IMG/VR virus record: IMGVR_UViG_3300044715_001249
Span: 1-52,348 of that record
Direction: 5' to 3' (one strand)
Length of the DNA stretch: 52,348 nt
Source: a virus
Lineage: Duplodnaviria; Caudoviricetes
Shown: positions 36,876 to 45,685 of the stretch, piece by piece
Numbering within the stretch: position 1 is the stretch's first letter
Layout: each line of letters begins with the position of its first letter
Notes under the pieces: generated by a model
Seen by the model: only the letters and a program-made list of their open reading frames with translations
The model's database searches: none
Told to the model about the DNA's origin: nothing
Made by a program: the position numbers and the translations under genes

Positions 36876-37237
36876 GGCGCGACCTCGTCTCGCAGCTCGG
36901 CCTCGGCCATGAGCACGCCGCCGAGCGCTGCGTAGTCCTCGACCGCGGCGACCGAGTACACGCGGCCCTGATAGACGACGTCGGGCGCCGGCGTGGCGCG
37001 GACCGTGTCGAAGGCGTCGACGTCGAGCACGTAGATCGTGATCGTTTCGCGCGCGTAGTCGGCTTCGGGCCCGCGCATGCGCGAGCGCTTGTTCGTGGGA
37101 TGCACCACGGCGGTGATCGTCGTGTCGGCCGAGCTCGACAGCGTCTCGCCGAACGCGTCGGCCGTCGCCGCGCCGAACGAGCGCAGCGTGATCGTGGTCG
37201 TCGGGATGTCCCCGATCAAGGCGCGGACGTCGATCAC
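36872..37237 (-). CDS. Head closure / head-tail adaptor protein
   Basis: PDVVYQGRVYSV..VEDY; position in the neck cluster. Confidence 0.7.
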   Translation of the reverse strand: MIDVRALIGDIPTTTITLRSFGAATADAFGETLSSSADTTITAVVHPTNKRSRMRGPEADYARETITIYVLDVDAFDTVRATPAPDVVYQGRVYSVAAVEDYAALGGVLMAEAELRDEVAP

Positions 37238-37764
37238 TTGGCACCGCCCGTGCGCAAGATCTTGTCCCCATCGCGCACGGCGTACGACGTCGCGTCATAC
37301 AGCGCGCCGCTTTCGATCAGCGGGTCGTCGTGCCCCTTGGACTTGATCGTGGCGCCGGCCAAGGGCTTGGCCCAGCTACGCGCGTCGAGGATCGACTGCT
37401 GCACGGCCTCGACCATGCGCTCGCCAACGCCGGCCTGCGCCTCGTCGACCGACGCGTCGCCGCTGAGCAGCCGACGAAACGCGTTCTTGATCGCGTCCGC
37501 GATCTCGTTTGAATATTTCGCGAGCCCCGTCCGCACGAACGGCCGCGATGGTATGTGCCCGCGCGGCATGTCGTACTGGCGATCGTCGCTGCCCGGCGTG
37601 CCGAACTCTTGCCACGCGGCGACCTGCGCCACGCTCGCGTTCGCGTGCGGGTGCTTGGACTGGCCCGTCGGGCCCTGATAACCCACGGTGACGCGCTGCC
37701 GCTGCAGCGTCTCGGTGTCGGCCTTGAGCTTGCCGATCCCCAGGTCGCGGACCTCGACGGTCAT
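37234..37764 (-). CDS. Neck / tail completion protein
   Basis: VAAWQEFGT, IPSRPFVR, PLAGATI.SKG..DPLIESG.L; start trimmed to 37764. Confidence 0.8.
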   Translation of the reverse strand: MTVEVRDLGIGKLKADTETLQRQRVTVGYQGPTGQSKHPHANASVAQVAAWQEFGTPGSDDRQYDMPRGHIPSRPFVRTGLAKYSNEIADAIKNAFRRLLSGDASVDEAQAGVGERMVEAVQQSILDARSWAKPLAGATIKSKGHDDPLIESGALYDATSYAVRDGDKILRTGGAK

Positions 37765-38087
37765 GCGTCCTCGCAGATCTGATCGTACAGGCCACACGCC
37801 TGCGCGAGCCGTGGATCGCGAGCCGACGCCTTCGCCGTCCACCGCATGCACTCGCGCGCGTGCCGTCGGATCTTGCGGGCCTTACCGAAGATCTTGATCG
37901 GGGTATCGCGCAGCGCCTTCGCCATCGCGCCGTGGAACAGCGCTTGCTCGTGCGCGAAGGCGTACGATTGCCGCCGCATGATCGAGCCCTGGATCAGACC
38001 GAACACGCCATCGAGCGCGCGCTCGGCCAACGCCTTGGCGTCAGCTCGAGCGGCGTCTGCAAACTCGCGTGGGACGAAGATCGGCAT
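37761..38087 (-). CDS. Hypothetical protein
   Basis: Fills the gap; ATGA overlap downstream. Confidence 0.6.
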   Translation of the reverse strand: MPIFVPREFADAARADAKALAERALDGVFGLIQGSIMRRQSYAFAHEQALFHGAMAKALRDTPIKIFGKARKIRRHARECMRWTAKASARDPRLAQACGLYDQICEDA

Positions 38088-38090
38088 GGG

Positions 38091-38732
38091 TCAGATGCTA
38101 TACCCGCCGCCGGCGGTGCACGAACCCTGCGAGGTCCAACAGGACGCCTTGCCAGGACCCGTGCACGACCCGCCACACTCTGCGCTGCACTTCGGGCGCC
38201 TCTTGGGTTCGACCGGCTCGGGCACGTATCCCGCGGGACACGTATAGTTGCCGTTCTCGCATGTCTCGGGCAGGGCCGTGCCGACCGGCTCGCCCTCGAC
38301 CTGCCGCCCGTTCCAGCGACACCGCGTCAGGACACCGCCCGCGCCGCCGCCACACGTGCCCGATCCGCTCGTGGCTTGGCTATTGCCGGGAGTGACGCAG
38401 CAGGACTCCGTGCCGTCATGCGGGTGCAGGGGGCTGCACTTGCAGACGCAGAACGTCGAGAAGCTCATACAGAACGTGGGCGGGCATCCGTCCTCGGTCG
38501 TGCTGAGGTCGACCTCGAACCCGTCGATCGATGGTGGCGCATCCTCGAGAGGGCGGCAGGCGTAGGCGTGCTCGGCCTCGGCGGCCTCGGTCTCGGTCGT
38601 GCTGCTGCTCGTCTCGGTCGCGCCGGCGCCAGAACTCGAGCTCGATCCGAACGCGCCCGTGTCGAAGTCCTCGACGAAGCACCCGCAGACGAGCGCGAAC
38701 AGGATGACGATGGGGTGAATGATCTTGTGCAT
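38091..38732 (-). CDS. Cys-rich putative lipoprotein
   Basis: Signal peptide with LVCG-C lipobox-like site, S/T-rich linker, 19 Cys in total; GAGGGA RBS. Confidence 0.7.
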   Translation of the reverse strand: MHKIIHPIVILFALVCGCFVEDFDTGAFGSSSSSGAGATETSSSTTETEAAEAEHAYACRPLEDAPPSIDGFEVDLSTTEDGCPPTFCMSFSTFCVCKCSPLHPHDGTESCCVTPGNSQATSGSGTCGGGAGGVLTRCRWNGRQVEGEPVGTALPETCENGNYTCPAGYVPEPVEPKRRPKCSAECGGSCTGPGKASCWTSQGSCTAGGGYSI

Positions 38733-38740
38733 GGTGTCCC

Positions 38741-39073
38741 TCACGGCATGGCGATGAATGTGCGGAGGACTTCGGCGAGCGCCGCCACGGCCCCGCCGCC
38801 GCCCGCTGCGGCGCCGAGCGAGACCGCGGTGCGGCGACTCTGCGCGCCGCGTTCTTCGGCGTTGTGATCCTCGAGGGCGCGCAGGCGCAGCACGATCGCT
38901 GCGTTCTCGAGCTCGATCTTCTCGGCGCGCACGTGCACGCCGTCGACGAGCCCGCGCACGTTGGCGATGTCACCGCGTAGCGCGGCCATGTCCACGCGCA
39001 GATCCCCGAACCGCTCGTCGAGCCGGTCGAGTTTCGCGAGCATGCGCTCGAGGGTCTCGCTGATCTCGCTCAT
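38741..39073 (-). CDS. Coiled-coil protein with C-terminal hydrophobic segment (holin-like candidate)
   Basis: Heptad repeats ending RLRALE, then a Gly/Ala hydrophobic helix. Confidence 0.5.
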   Translation of the reverse strand: MSEISETLERMLAKLDRLDERFGDLRVDMAALRGDIANVRGLVDGVHVRAEKIELENAAIVLRLRALEDHNAEERGAQSRRTAVSLGAAAGGGGAVAALAEVLRTFIAMP

Positions 39074-39435
39074 GCGACCACGATCCCCGGGCAGACGGTG
39101 CTAGCGATCGAGAGGAACGCCCGCCCGAATGATGTCGACGCCAGGGACGGATCCCAGCCCGCGGGGATCGTCGGCACCGCGTACGACACCGAGATCGCGC
39201 CAGCGGCACGCGACGCCACGATCCCGCCCTCGCCCGAGCCGACGGTCGTGGCGGGGTTGAGCGCGAGGTAGTGGGCGGCGAGGAAACACTGCGCCCGGAT
39301 CGTGCGGTCGGCGAACAGCTCGTCGCTGATCATGGCCTCTGCGTCGGACAGGGCGAGCGCGCGCTGAGCCGCCGTCGCGCCGGTCGCTGTCGACGGCACA
39401 CGCGCGGTCAAGTCTGCGTCGCTCGCGTACGCCAT
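39070..39435 (-). CDS. Head-tail connector (DUF4054-like)
   Basis: FLAAHYL, AGAISVSY, STSFGRAF. Confidence 0.8.
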   Translation of the reverse strand: MAYASDADLTARVPSTATGATAAQRALALSDAEAMISDELFADRTIRAQCFLAAHYLALNPATTVGSGEGGIVASRAAGAISVSYAVPTIPAGWDPSLASTSFGRAFLSIASTVCPGIVVA

Positions 39436-39438
39436 GGA

Positions 39439-39819
39439 TCAACCCCAGCCCGCGGATCCGTCTGCGTCTGTGGGCTGTGGCTCGGGCTGCGCGCCGTTCA
39501 GCCGCGCCTTGATCTTGGCGATGACGGTGGCCCGCTTCTCGCGCTTGCCCCACTCGCTGAACGCCTGCCGGCTCGTGCCGCGGCGCAGCACCTCGGCAAC
39601 CTCGCCTTCGGCGTAGGTGGTCGGGTCGACGACGCGCAGCCCGAGGCCGCCCATCGCGTCGCGGTTTGCGTCGACGTAGTCGGCGCGCACGTAGTTGAGT
39701 CCGCGGCCGACCATCGTCGACTCCTGGGTGTGCGGGTCGATCGTGCGGCGTAGGATGATCATGCGCTCGCTCGAGTTGTCGACGAACACGAACGGCGGGG
39801 GCTGGGGCTTGTCGGCCAT
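39439..39819 (-). CDS. Hypothetical head-associated protein
   Basis: Directly after the capsid gene; GAGGA RBS. Confidence 0.6.
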   Translation of the reverse strand: MADKPQPPPFVFVDNSSERMIILRRTIDPHTQESTMVGRGLNYVRADYVDANRDAMGGLGLRVVDPTTYAEGEVAEVLRRGTSRQAFSEWGKREKRATVIAKIKARLNGAQPEPQPTDADGSAGWG

Positions 39820-39824
39820 GGGAT

Positions 39825-39940
39825 CCTCGGGTTGTTCAACGCGAAGACCCGCGGCGAGGGGTACAGCTCGACGCGGGTCGTTTTCACCGCCGAAGCCCCG
39901 TGGCCTTGCGGCCTACGGGGCGAGTGCTCGGCAGGGTGCG
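39825..39940 (-). other. Structured intergenic RNA segment (two hairpins) after the capsid gene
   Basis: GCCCCGTAGGCC-GCAA-GGCCACGGGGC and GACCCGCG..CGAG-loop-CTCG..CGCGGGTC on the minus strand. Confidence 0.5.
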
Positions 39941-39942
39941 CG

Positions 39943-41007
39943 TTACGGCTGGGCGCCAAACACGACGATGTGCGCGGCCAGGGGCCGCACGACCTTGACG
40001 CCGCCGATCTTGGCGTGCGACACGATCTTGACCTTGAAATCCTGCTCCTGCGGCGGGCGCTGGGTCAGGCCGCGGGCGCGGATGAACGCGAGCTCGTCGG
40101 AGTTCGCATTGGGTAGCGCAAACATGAGGTCGCCGCCGAACGGGAACGGATCCGGGGTCGGTCGCCGCGAGGCCTGGCACTCGTTCAGGCCGCGGAAGCT
40201 CACCTTGCCCTGGCCGGTGTCGTCGCCCGAATAGAGCTTGAGCAGGCGATCCCAGAACGACACGGCGCCGTCGGCCGTGCTGCCGATGTAGAGCGAACGC
40301 AAGCGCCGGATCATGCCGAATGGCATGTACACGATCGCGGCGTGGTGCTGCTCGATCGACTGCACCGGGATCGTGTCGACGAGCGCGAGCACGTCGGTGA
40401 TCAGCTCGTCGCCAGTCTTGACCGACCAGTGCCGGCCGCCGACGCCGAGCGCCGCGAGCGACTGCGGGATGTTCGGGTGCGTGAGCAGCCCGGGCATGTT
40501 CTTGGCCATGTCGCCGAACAGCCACTTGCGTTGCACGAACTCATCGTGCGCGCGCTTGACCGCGCCCGCCTTGATCGTGTTCAAGGCCATGCCGGCTTTA
40601 GCCGCGCGCTCGAGCTCGAAGATCGTGTACTCGTACCCGCCGCCGAACTCGGCCATCACGCCGGTGTAGCGCGAGGCCTTGACGTATGCCGAATCCATGA
40701 TCGACCCGTCGTCGTCGATCCAATTCATCTGCGCGCCCGAGTCCACCATGTAATACTCCCAGACCAGATCGGCCGGGTCGACCGAGCCGTCGATCGGGAG
40801 CACCTGACCGGCCGCGACGGGCAGATCCGGGTAGAGCGTCTCGACGATCTTGGGGAACACGTGGCGCAGCTTCTCGGCCCAGATCGGGGCGAGGCTTGCG
40901 TCGCAACGCCCGAGACCCGCGAGGGACTGCGCGAACGCCTTGATCGCGGCGCCGTCGGCTCGCGCCATCGCGAGAGCCGCATCGAGGATTTGCTTGGGGT
41001 ACTTCAT
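39943..41007 (-). CDS. Major capsid protein (DUF2184-type, HK97 fold)
   Basis: YEYTIFELERA, FGD...MPGLLTHPN, GGVKVVRP; AAGGA RBS before ATG 41007. Confidence 0.88.
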   Translation of the reverse strand: MKYPKQILDAALAMARADGAAIKAFAQSLAGLGRCDASLAPIWAEKLRHVFPKIVETLYPDLPVAAGQVLPIDGSVDPADLVWEYYMVDSGAQMNWIDDDGSIMDSAYVKASRYTGVMAEFGGGYEYTIFELERAAKAGMALNTIKAGAVKRAHDEFVQRKWLFGDMAKNMPGLLTHPNIPQSLAALGVGGRHWSVKTGDELITDVLALVDTIPVQSIEQHHAAIVYMPFGMIRRLRSLYIGSTADGAVSFWDRLLKLYSGDDTGQGKVSFRGLNECQASRRPTPDPFPFGGDLMFALPNANSDELAFIRARGLTQRPPQEQDFKVKIVSHAKIGGVKVVRPLAAHIVVFGAQP

Positions 41008-41018
41008 GGCGGTGTCCT

Positions 41019-42200
41019 TCACGGCTGCATCTGCAGCTTGACCTTGGCGAGTGCCCCGGCCGCGGCGGTGCTCGTGTAGCGGCAGATGCTCGAGACGTCG
41101 AGCATGTCGACGTCTGCTGCGCTGACGGTCGCGGTCGCGGTCGCGGCCTCGGTGTCATCCGACCAGATGTGAACCGAGGGCTCGTCGACGAGCACACCGG
41201 CCGACGCGGCGATCGTCAGGGTCGTGGTGTTGTCGGTCGGCACGAGGACCGCGGCGAGACCATTCGCGGCGATGTCCGCGGTGACCGCATCGAACAGGCC
41301 CGCGCACGCGTCGGCGATCGACGTGGTCGCGTCGGTCGGATGATAGACGGCCTCGATCTGATACCGGCGCCCGTTGGACACGACGCCGAACGAGAACCCG
41401 TAGATCGCTCGGTTGACGACCGGGGTCACGGTGAGGGTTTGCGCCGTGCCGGCCGGGGTGTCGCCCCAGTCGCCGATGCTCGAGCCCTCGACGCGCACGT
41501 ATACGCGCGACGCCGGGGTCACGGCCTCGGTCACGGTGATCCAGAACTCGCCATCCTCGGCGATCGGGTAGTGGTGCCCGCGCAGGCACAGATCCGAATC
41601 CGTGGTCAGCTCGTCGCCGAAGTCGGACGGGAGCGCGTGAAAGTGATTCGCATCCGAGCGGAACAGCATCCCGGCGATCTGTTCGACCGTGGTGGTCGAG
41701 GTCATGGCCGCGAACTCGTCGTCGGCGGTGCCGCGTGCGACGAGCTGACCGAACGCGAGCCCGGCCCCGCCCGCGGCCGTGGTCACGGTCGAGGTCGAGG
41801 TCGCGGCCGCGCCATCGGGGCCGCCGACGCGCGTGATCGAGTACGAGCGATTGGCGTGCCGCGCGGTGAAGGCAAGCACGAGGTTGGAGCCGTCGACCTC
41901 GGTCGTGGCCGCGACGGTCACGAGCGAGTTCCACTTGGGGTTGGCTGCGACCGCGGCCCGGATCGCCGCGCCGAGGGTCGCCTCGTTCGCGCTGCCGGTG
42001 ACGCTGGGCAGTGCCCACGCCTGGCCCGACTGCAGATCGGTGATCGTCAGCGCGACGGGATCGGTACCCGCGCCGGCGGTGATCGTCAGCGACAACACCT
42101 GCGCTTGTCGAGCGAGCTGCCGCGGCCGCGAGACTCGCGGGGCGAGAAGGGGCATGCCCGCGATCGCGGGCGTCATCTGGAGTGCGTAGGTGCCTTGCAT
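41019..42200 (-). CDS. Head decoration / cement protein with inserted domains
   Basis: Between scaffold/protease and capsid genes; PAIAG, LAFGQLV, GEFWI...VYVR, AGALAKV core interrupted by two insertions. Confidence 0.68.
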   Translation of the reverse strand: MQGTYALQMTPAIAGMPLLAPRVSRPRQLARQAQVLSLTITAGAGTDPVALTITDLQSGQAWALPSVTGSANEATLGAAIRAAVAANPKWNSLVTVAATTEVDGSNLVLAFTARHANRSYSITRVGGPDGAAATSTSTVTTAAGGAGLAFGQLVARGTADDEFAAMTSTTTVEQIAGMLFRSDANHFHALPSDFGDELTTDSDLCLRGHHYPIAEDGEFWITVTEAVTPASRVYVRVEGSSIGDWGDTPAGTAQTLTVTPVVNRAIYGFSFGVVSNGRRYQIEAVYHPTDATTSIADACAGLFDAVTADIAANGLAAVLVPTDNTTTLTIAASAGVLVDEPSVHIWSDDTEAATATATVSAADVDMLDVSSICRYTSTAAAGALAKVKLQMQP

Positions 42201-42214
42201 GGTCGTGCTCCTGA

Positions 42215-43525
42215 TCAGCGCGAGAGGTGGGCCGCGTACGCCTCGACGATCGGATCGTCATCGTCGGCCGCGTCGGTCTTGTGCGCGACCTCGAACGGGT
42301 TGATCGACACCGGGGCCGGGGTCGAGCTCGCGACCTCGACGAGGGCGTCGAGCACCGCGCCATCGGCCGCGTCGGCGCGCGCCTTGGCATGGGGCAGCAC
42401 GTGGGCGACGTACGCCCGCGCGAGCGCCTGATCGTCGGCGGAGTCGATGACCGAGGTCGGGAGCCCGGCCGCGGCGCTGAGCCGCTCGAGCCGACCGCGT
42501 CGGCGCACGAGGGCGGTGATCTGGTCGGGCGTCATCGATGGCATCTTCTTGTCCTTGTCCTCGTCGTCGGGGGGCATCGCGGGCTCACCAGCGGCGTCCT
42601 CAGGCGCCTCGGGCATTTCGCCCTCGGCCATGGCGGGAGCCGCCGCGGCTCCGCCCGCCTTGCGTGCATCGAGAGCCTCGGCGACGAGGGCCGCGATCCA
42701 GGTCGCGACCTCCATCTCGGTACCGTCGGGGCCGACGAGCAGCGCCTTGGTGGTCGGGATCCCGACCTCGTCGGCGAGCGCGGTCGAGATCTTGGACTGT
42801 GCGTGATCGCACCACGCCTTGACCGCGTCCATCTTGGTGCCCGCCGGGAGCTTGATCACGCGGGTGGCGCGTGCAGAGTCGAGTGTGGGCTTGCTCACGG
42901 GTGGGACCTCATGATCGGGCTTGACTTGGGTAGAGTAGCACGACTCCGCGGAATCGCGCGCGGAATCGAGCAGCACGCGCACGGCCGGGCCAGCGCGGCC
43001 CCGCTCAACGCTGGCGACGTGATTGCCGGCGAGCGCCCGCTGCACGGCGTCGTAACGCTGGCCGCCCGGGGCCGCCCCGGGCTCGGGGTGTACGTCGGCG
43101 AGGAATCCGATCGAGAGCTCGTGTTGGCCGCCGAGGATCTTGTCGATCAGCCCGGCATCGGTCACGCGCAGGCGCGCGGCCAGGTACGCGACGCCGTCGA
43201 CGTCGACGATCCGCGGCTCGGAGATCACGACGCCGCGCGAGTACTCGCGCGCGTTCGTGGCGTCGACCATCACGGGCGGGTGATCGTCGGTCACGGGCGC
43301 GTGGCGCCACGAATCGGCCGCGGCCTCGAGCTCGTCGCGCGGGCGAAACTCGAGCCAGGTCGAGCGCCCATCCGAGTACTCGAGCAAGCCGTCACGGGCG
43401 AGGTACGCGTCGACGTCGAGGTAGCCCTCGGGCGTCTTGACGGCGCGCGCATGGCCGGGCGAGGACGGGGCGTCGCCCCAGTCGAGCGCGATCCGATCGA
43501 TGCGAAGAACGCGAGTCACAGCCAT
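42215..43525 (-). CDS. DUF2213 prohead protease/scaffold protein
   Basis: TPEGYL, PVTDDHP, ELSIGF, YDAVQR...NHVASVERGRAG. Confidence 0.88.
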   Translation of the reverse strand: MAVTRVLRIDRIALDWGDAPSSPGHARAVKTPEGYLDVDAYLARDGLLEYSDGRSTWLEFRPRDELEAAADSWRHAPVTDDHPPVMVDATNAREYSRGVVISEPRIVDVDGVAYLAARLRVTDAGLIDKILGGQHELSIGFLADVHPEPGAAPGGQRYDAVQRALAGNHVASVERGRAGPAVRVLLDSARDSAESCYSTQVKPDHEVPPVSKPTLDSARATRVIKLPAGTKMDAVKAWCDHAQSKISTALADEVGIPTTKALLVGPDGTEMEVATWIAALVAEALDARKAGGAAAAPAMAEGEMPEAPEDAAGEPAMPPDDEDKDKKMPSMTPDQITALVRRRGRLERLSAAAGLPTSVIDSADDQALARAYVAHVLPHAKARADAADGAVLDALVEVASSTPAPVSINPFEVAHKTDAADDDDPIVEAYAAHLSR

Positions 43526-43614
43526 CCGCTTTCCTCACAGGTCGGGCACGGATCAGGGACGGGGCCGATCGGGGCGACAGTGCGCCCGCACATGGGGCAG
43601 ACCGGGTCAGCCAT
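43516..43614 (-). CDS. 32-aa zinc-ribbon miniprotein
   Basis: MADPVCPMCGRTVAPIGPVPDPCPTCEESGWL*; two CxxC pairs. Confidence 0.45.
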   Translation of the reverse strand: MADPVCPMCGRTVAPIGPVPDPCPTCEESGWL

Positions 43615-43777
43615 GGCGATCGACCTTGCCCTCGCGCTTGGGCGCGGCGTCGACCTTGGTGATCGCGTCCGCGGACGCAGCTCGGCGCTGCGCGGCCTCG
43701 CATCGCGCGAGGCTCACCGGGCCCGAGCCGTGGAAGTCGCCACAACGCGGGCACTTGGTGCCGCCGTTGGTGTTCAC
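43607..43777 (-). CDS. 56-aa Cys/His miniprotein
   Basis: VNTNGGTKCPRCGDFH...C; GTGA overlap upstream. Confidence 0.45.
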   Translation of the reverse strand: MNTNGGTKCPRCGDFHGSGPVSLARCEAAQRRAASADAITKVDAAPKREGKVDRHG

Positions 43778-43968
43778 CCGCTCGAGCTCCCGGACCCGCC
43801 GAGGTCAGGGCCGGGCGCCGCGCCGGAGCTCTCGACCTCGCCCCCGAGCGCATCCTCGATCAGCTGCGGATCGGGCTGGCACACGACGTTCGGCGCGAAC
43901 ATGGCCGAGATCGCGACGATGGCCGCGCACACGAGCGCGGCGATTGCGGTTTTCTGCTTGGGGGTCAC
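43774..43968 (-). CDS. Small membrane or secreted protein, first gene of the head operon
   Basis: N-terminal hydrophobic helix; TAGACT 6 nt upstream of the GTG. Confidence 0.6.
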   Translation of the reverse strand: MTPKQKTAIAALVCAAIVAISAMFAPNVVCQPDPQLIEDALGGEVESSGAAPGPDLGGSGSSSG

Positions 43969-44076
43969 GCCACGAGTCTAGCGCGATTCCGCGCGCGCGT
44001 CATGACCCGGCATGCGCGCAAACCCCGCTTTGTAAAGCAGCTGGCGTCGAAACGTAGAAGGGTGCATATCAGGATC

Positions 44077-44349
44077 ATGCTCAGCACCAAGCAAGCCCGC
44101 GTTCTGACTCACCTCGCCGCCCGCTCGATCTCGGGGGCGCCGTCGGTCCTCTCCATCGTCCGCGCGCTCGAGACGGACCGCGGCCACGCGGCCGGCTATC
44201 TCCGACTGGCGCGGCTCGCCAAGCGTGGGATGGTGACCATCCTCCCGCTGCACGAGGGTGCGCGCCGCGTGCTGATCACGGCCGCGGGTCTGCGCGAGGT
44301 TGCGGGCGTGTACCCGTACGCGGCGGATGCAGGCCGCGTCACCACGTGA
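44077..44349 (+). CDS. Winged-HTH transcription regulator (LexA-DBD/MarR-like)
   Basis: LSTKQARVL...PSV..I...LARLAKRGMV...RRVLITAAG. Confidence 0.65.
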   Translation: MLSTKQARVLTHLAARSISGAPSVLSIVRALETDRGHAAGYLRLARLAKRGMVTILPLHEGARRVLITAAGLREVAGVYPYAADAGRVTT

Positions 44350-45685
44350 ACACGTAGACCGCGCCGGAGCCGCCTGAGCCGCCGTTGCCGCCGCGGTTGC
44401 CCGCGCCTTCGCCGACCCCGCCACCGCCACCGCCACCGCCGTGGGATCCGCCAGCCCCGCCGTTGCCGCCGTTGGTGCCGGTCGTGATCGTGCCGCCGCC
44501 GCCACCGCCACCTGCACCGCCGCGCGCTGCACTGCCATCGGCGCCCGCCGAGCCAGCGGTCGGCGATACGCCGCCCGTGCCCGCGGCCCCGCCGGTACCG
44601 GCCGCGATCACGCCCGAGGCGCCGCCGGCCGTGGGCGCGATCAGGGCCGGGGTCACGGTCGCCCCGCCACCGCAGCCACCGCCGCCCCCGCCGAACAAGG
44701 ATCCGCCGCCGGCACCGTTGGCTGGCACGCTCGTGTGCCCGCCCCCGCCCCCGCCCCCGCTCTCCGCCGAGATCGCGGCCGTGGCAGAGGCTCCGCCGTT
44801 GCCGCCGCAGCCCCCGCTCGGGGTCGCTGGTGTACCCGGCCCGCCGCCTGCGCCGGCCGAGGCCGTGCCCACGGCGCCCACCGCACCGGCGCCACCGCCA
44901 CCGCCACCGCCGCCGGCCGTGGCCGCGTTGTCTCCGAGCTGCCCGCCACCGCCGCCGAAGGCTTGGGCGAGGTTGGTGCCGCTCGAGAACTGGCTCGTGC
45001 CCCCGGCCGCGCCCGCGGTCCCGTCCGCGCCGGTGTTTCCGACACCGGCGACGCCCGAGGCGCCGACCGTGACGGGCTCGGTCGGGCCGAGTTCGGACGC
45101 TCGATACCAGCGCTCGACCCGAGCACCGCCCCCGCCCCCGCACCCGCCCGTGCGCACGACACCGCCGGTCTGCGACGCGCCACCGCCACCGCCACCGCCA
45201 CCGCCGAACAGCACGACGCGCACGAACGTCGGCGAGAACGTCGTGGGCTTCGTCCACGTCGGCGAGCCCGGCGTGGTGAAGGGTTGCACGTCGGCCTGCG
45301 CGGCGCCGTTGATCGTCTGCTCAGCACCAGCGGCGTTGTATCGCTTCCATCCCGCTCCATGATGATACACGCACGATTCGGCGGGCGCGAGCGTGCCCGA
45401 CCACATGCGAGCAAGCGTCGCGTTGTCGCTGAACGAGATCGTGACCGTTTGCGCGGCTGCGTCGGTGTTGAACACCGAGATCATTTCGACGCTGCGCTGC
45501 GTGCTCGCGGCCGGGCTCCCGACGATCGTCACCGGCGTGGTGCCGTTCGAGTTGATGCGCGTGCGCCCGGCCGTGAAATCGGTTGCGGTCTGGTCGGCCC
45601 AGAACGCCGTGCACTGCACGGTCGTGGCCGAGCCCGAGGCAAGCACAAGCGCGATCGTGTCGGTCGTTGCGGATAGCGTGATCAT
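44339..45685 (-). CDS. Glycine-rich-domain tail fibre/adhesin (paralog of 24193-25416)
   Basis: Beta-rich N-terminus, then polyglycine domain ending GAVYVFTW. Confidence 0.65.
   Translation of the reverse strand: MITLSATTDTIALVLASGSATTVQCTAFWADQTATDFTAGRTRINSNGTTPVTIVGSPAASTQRSVEMISVFNTDAAAQTVTISFSDNATLARMWSGTLAPAESCVYHHGAGWKRYNAAGAEQTINGAAQADVQPFTTPGSPTWTKPTTFSPTFVRVVLFGGGGGGGGGASQTGGVVRTGGCGGGGGARVERWYRASELGPTEPVTVGASGVAGVGNTGADGTAGAAGGTSQFSSGTNLAQAFGGGGGQLGDNAATAGGGGGGGGAGAVGAVGTASAGAGGGPGTPATPSGGCGGNGGASATAAISAESGGGGGGGHTSVPANGAGGGSLFGGGGGGCGGGATVTPALIAPTAGGASGVIAAGTGGAAGTGGVSPTAGSAGADGSAARGGAGGGGGGGTITTGTNGGNGGAGGSHGGGGGGGGVGEGAGNRGGNGGSGGSGAVYVFTW

Noticed and set aside
39825-39940. 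Hammerhead ribozyme
   Set aside because: GAAA is present but there is no CUGANGA core.
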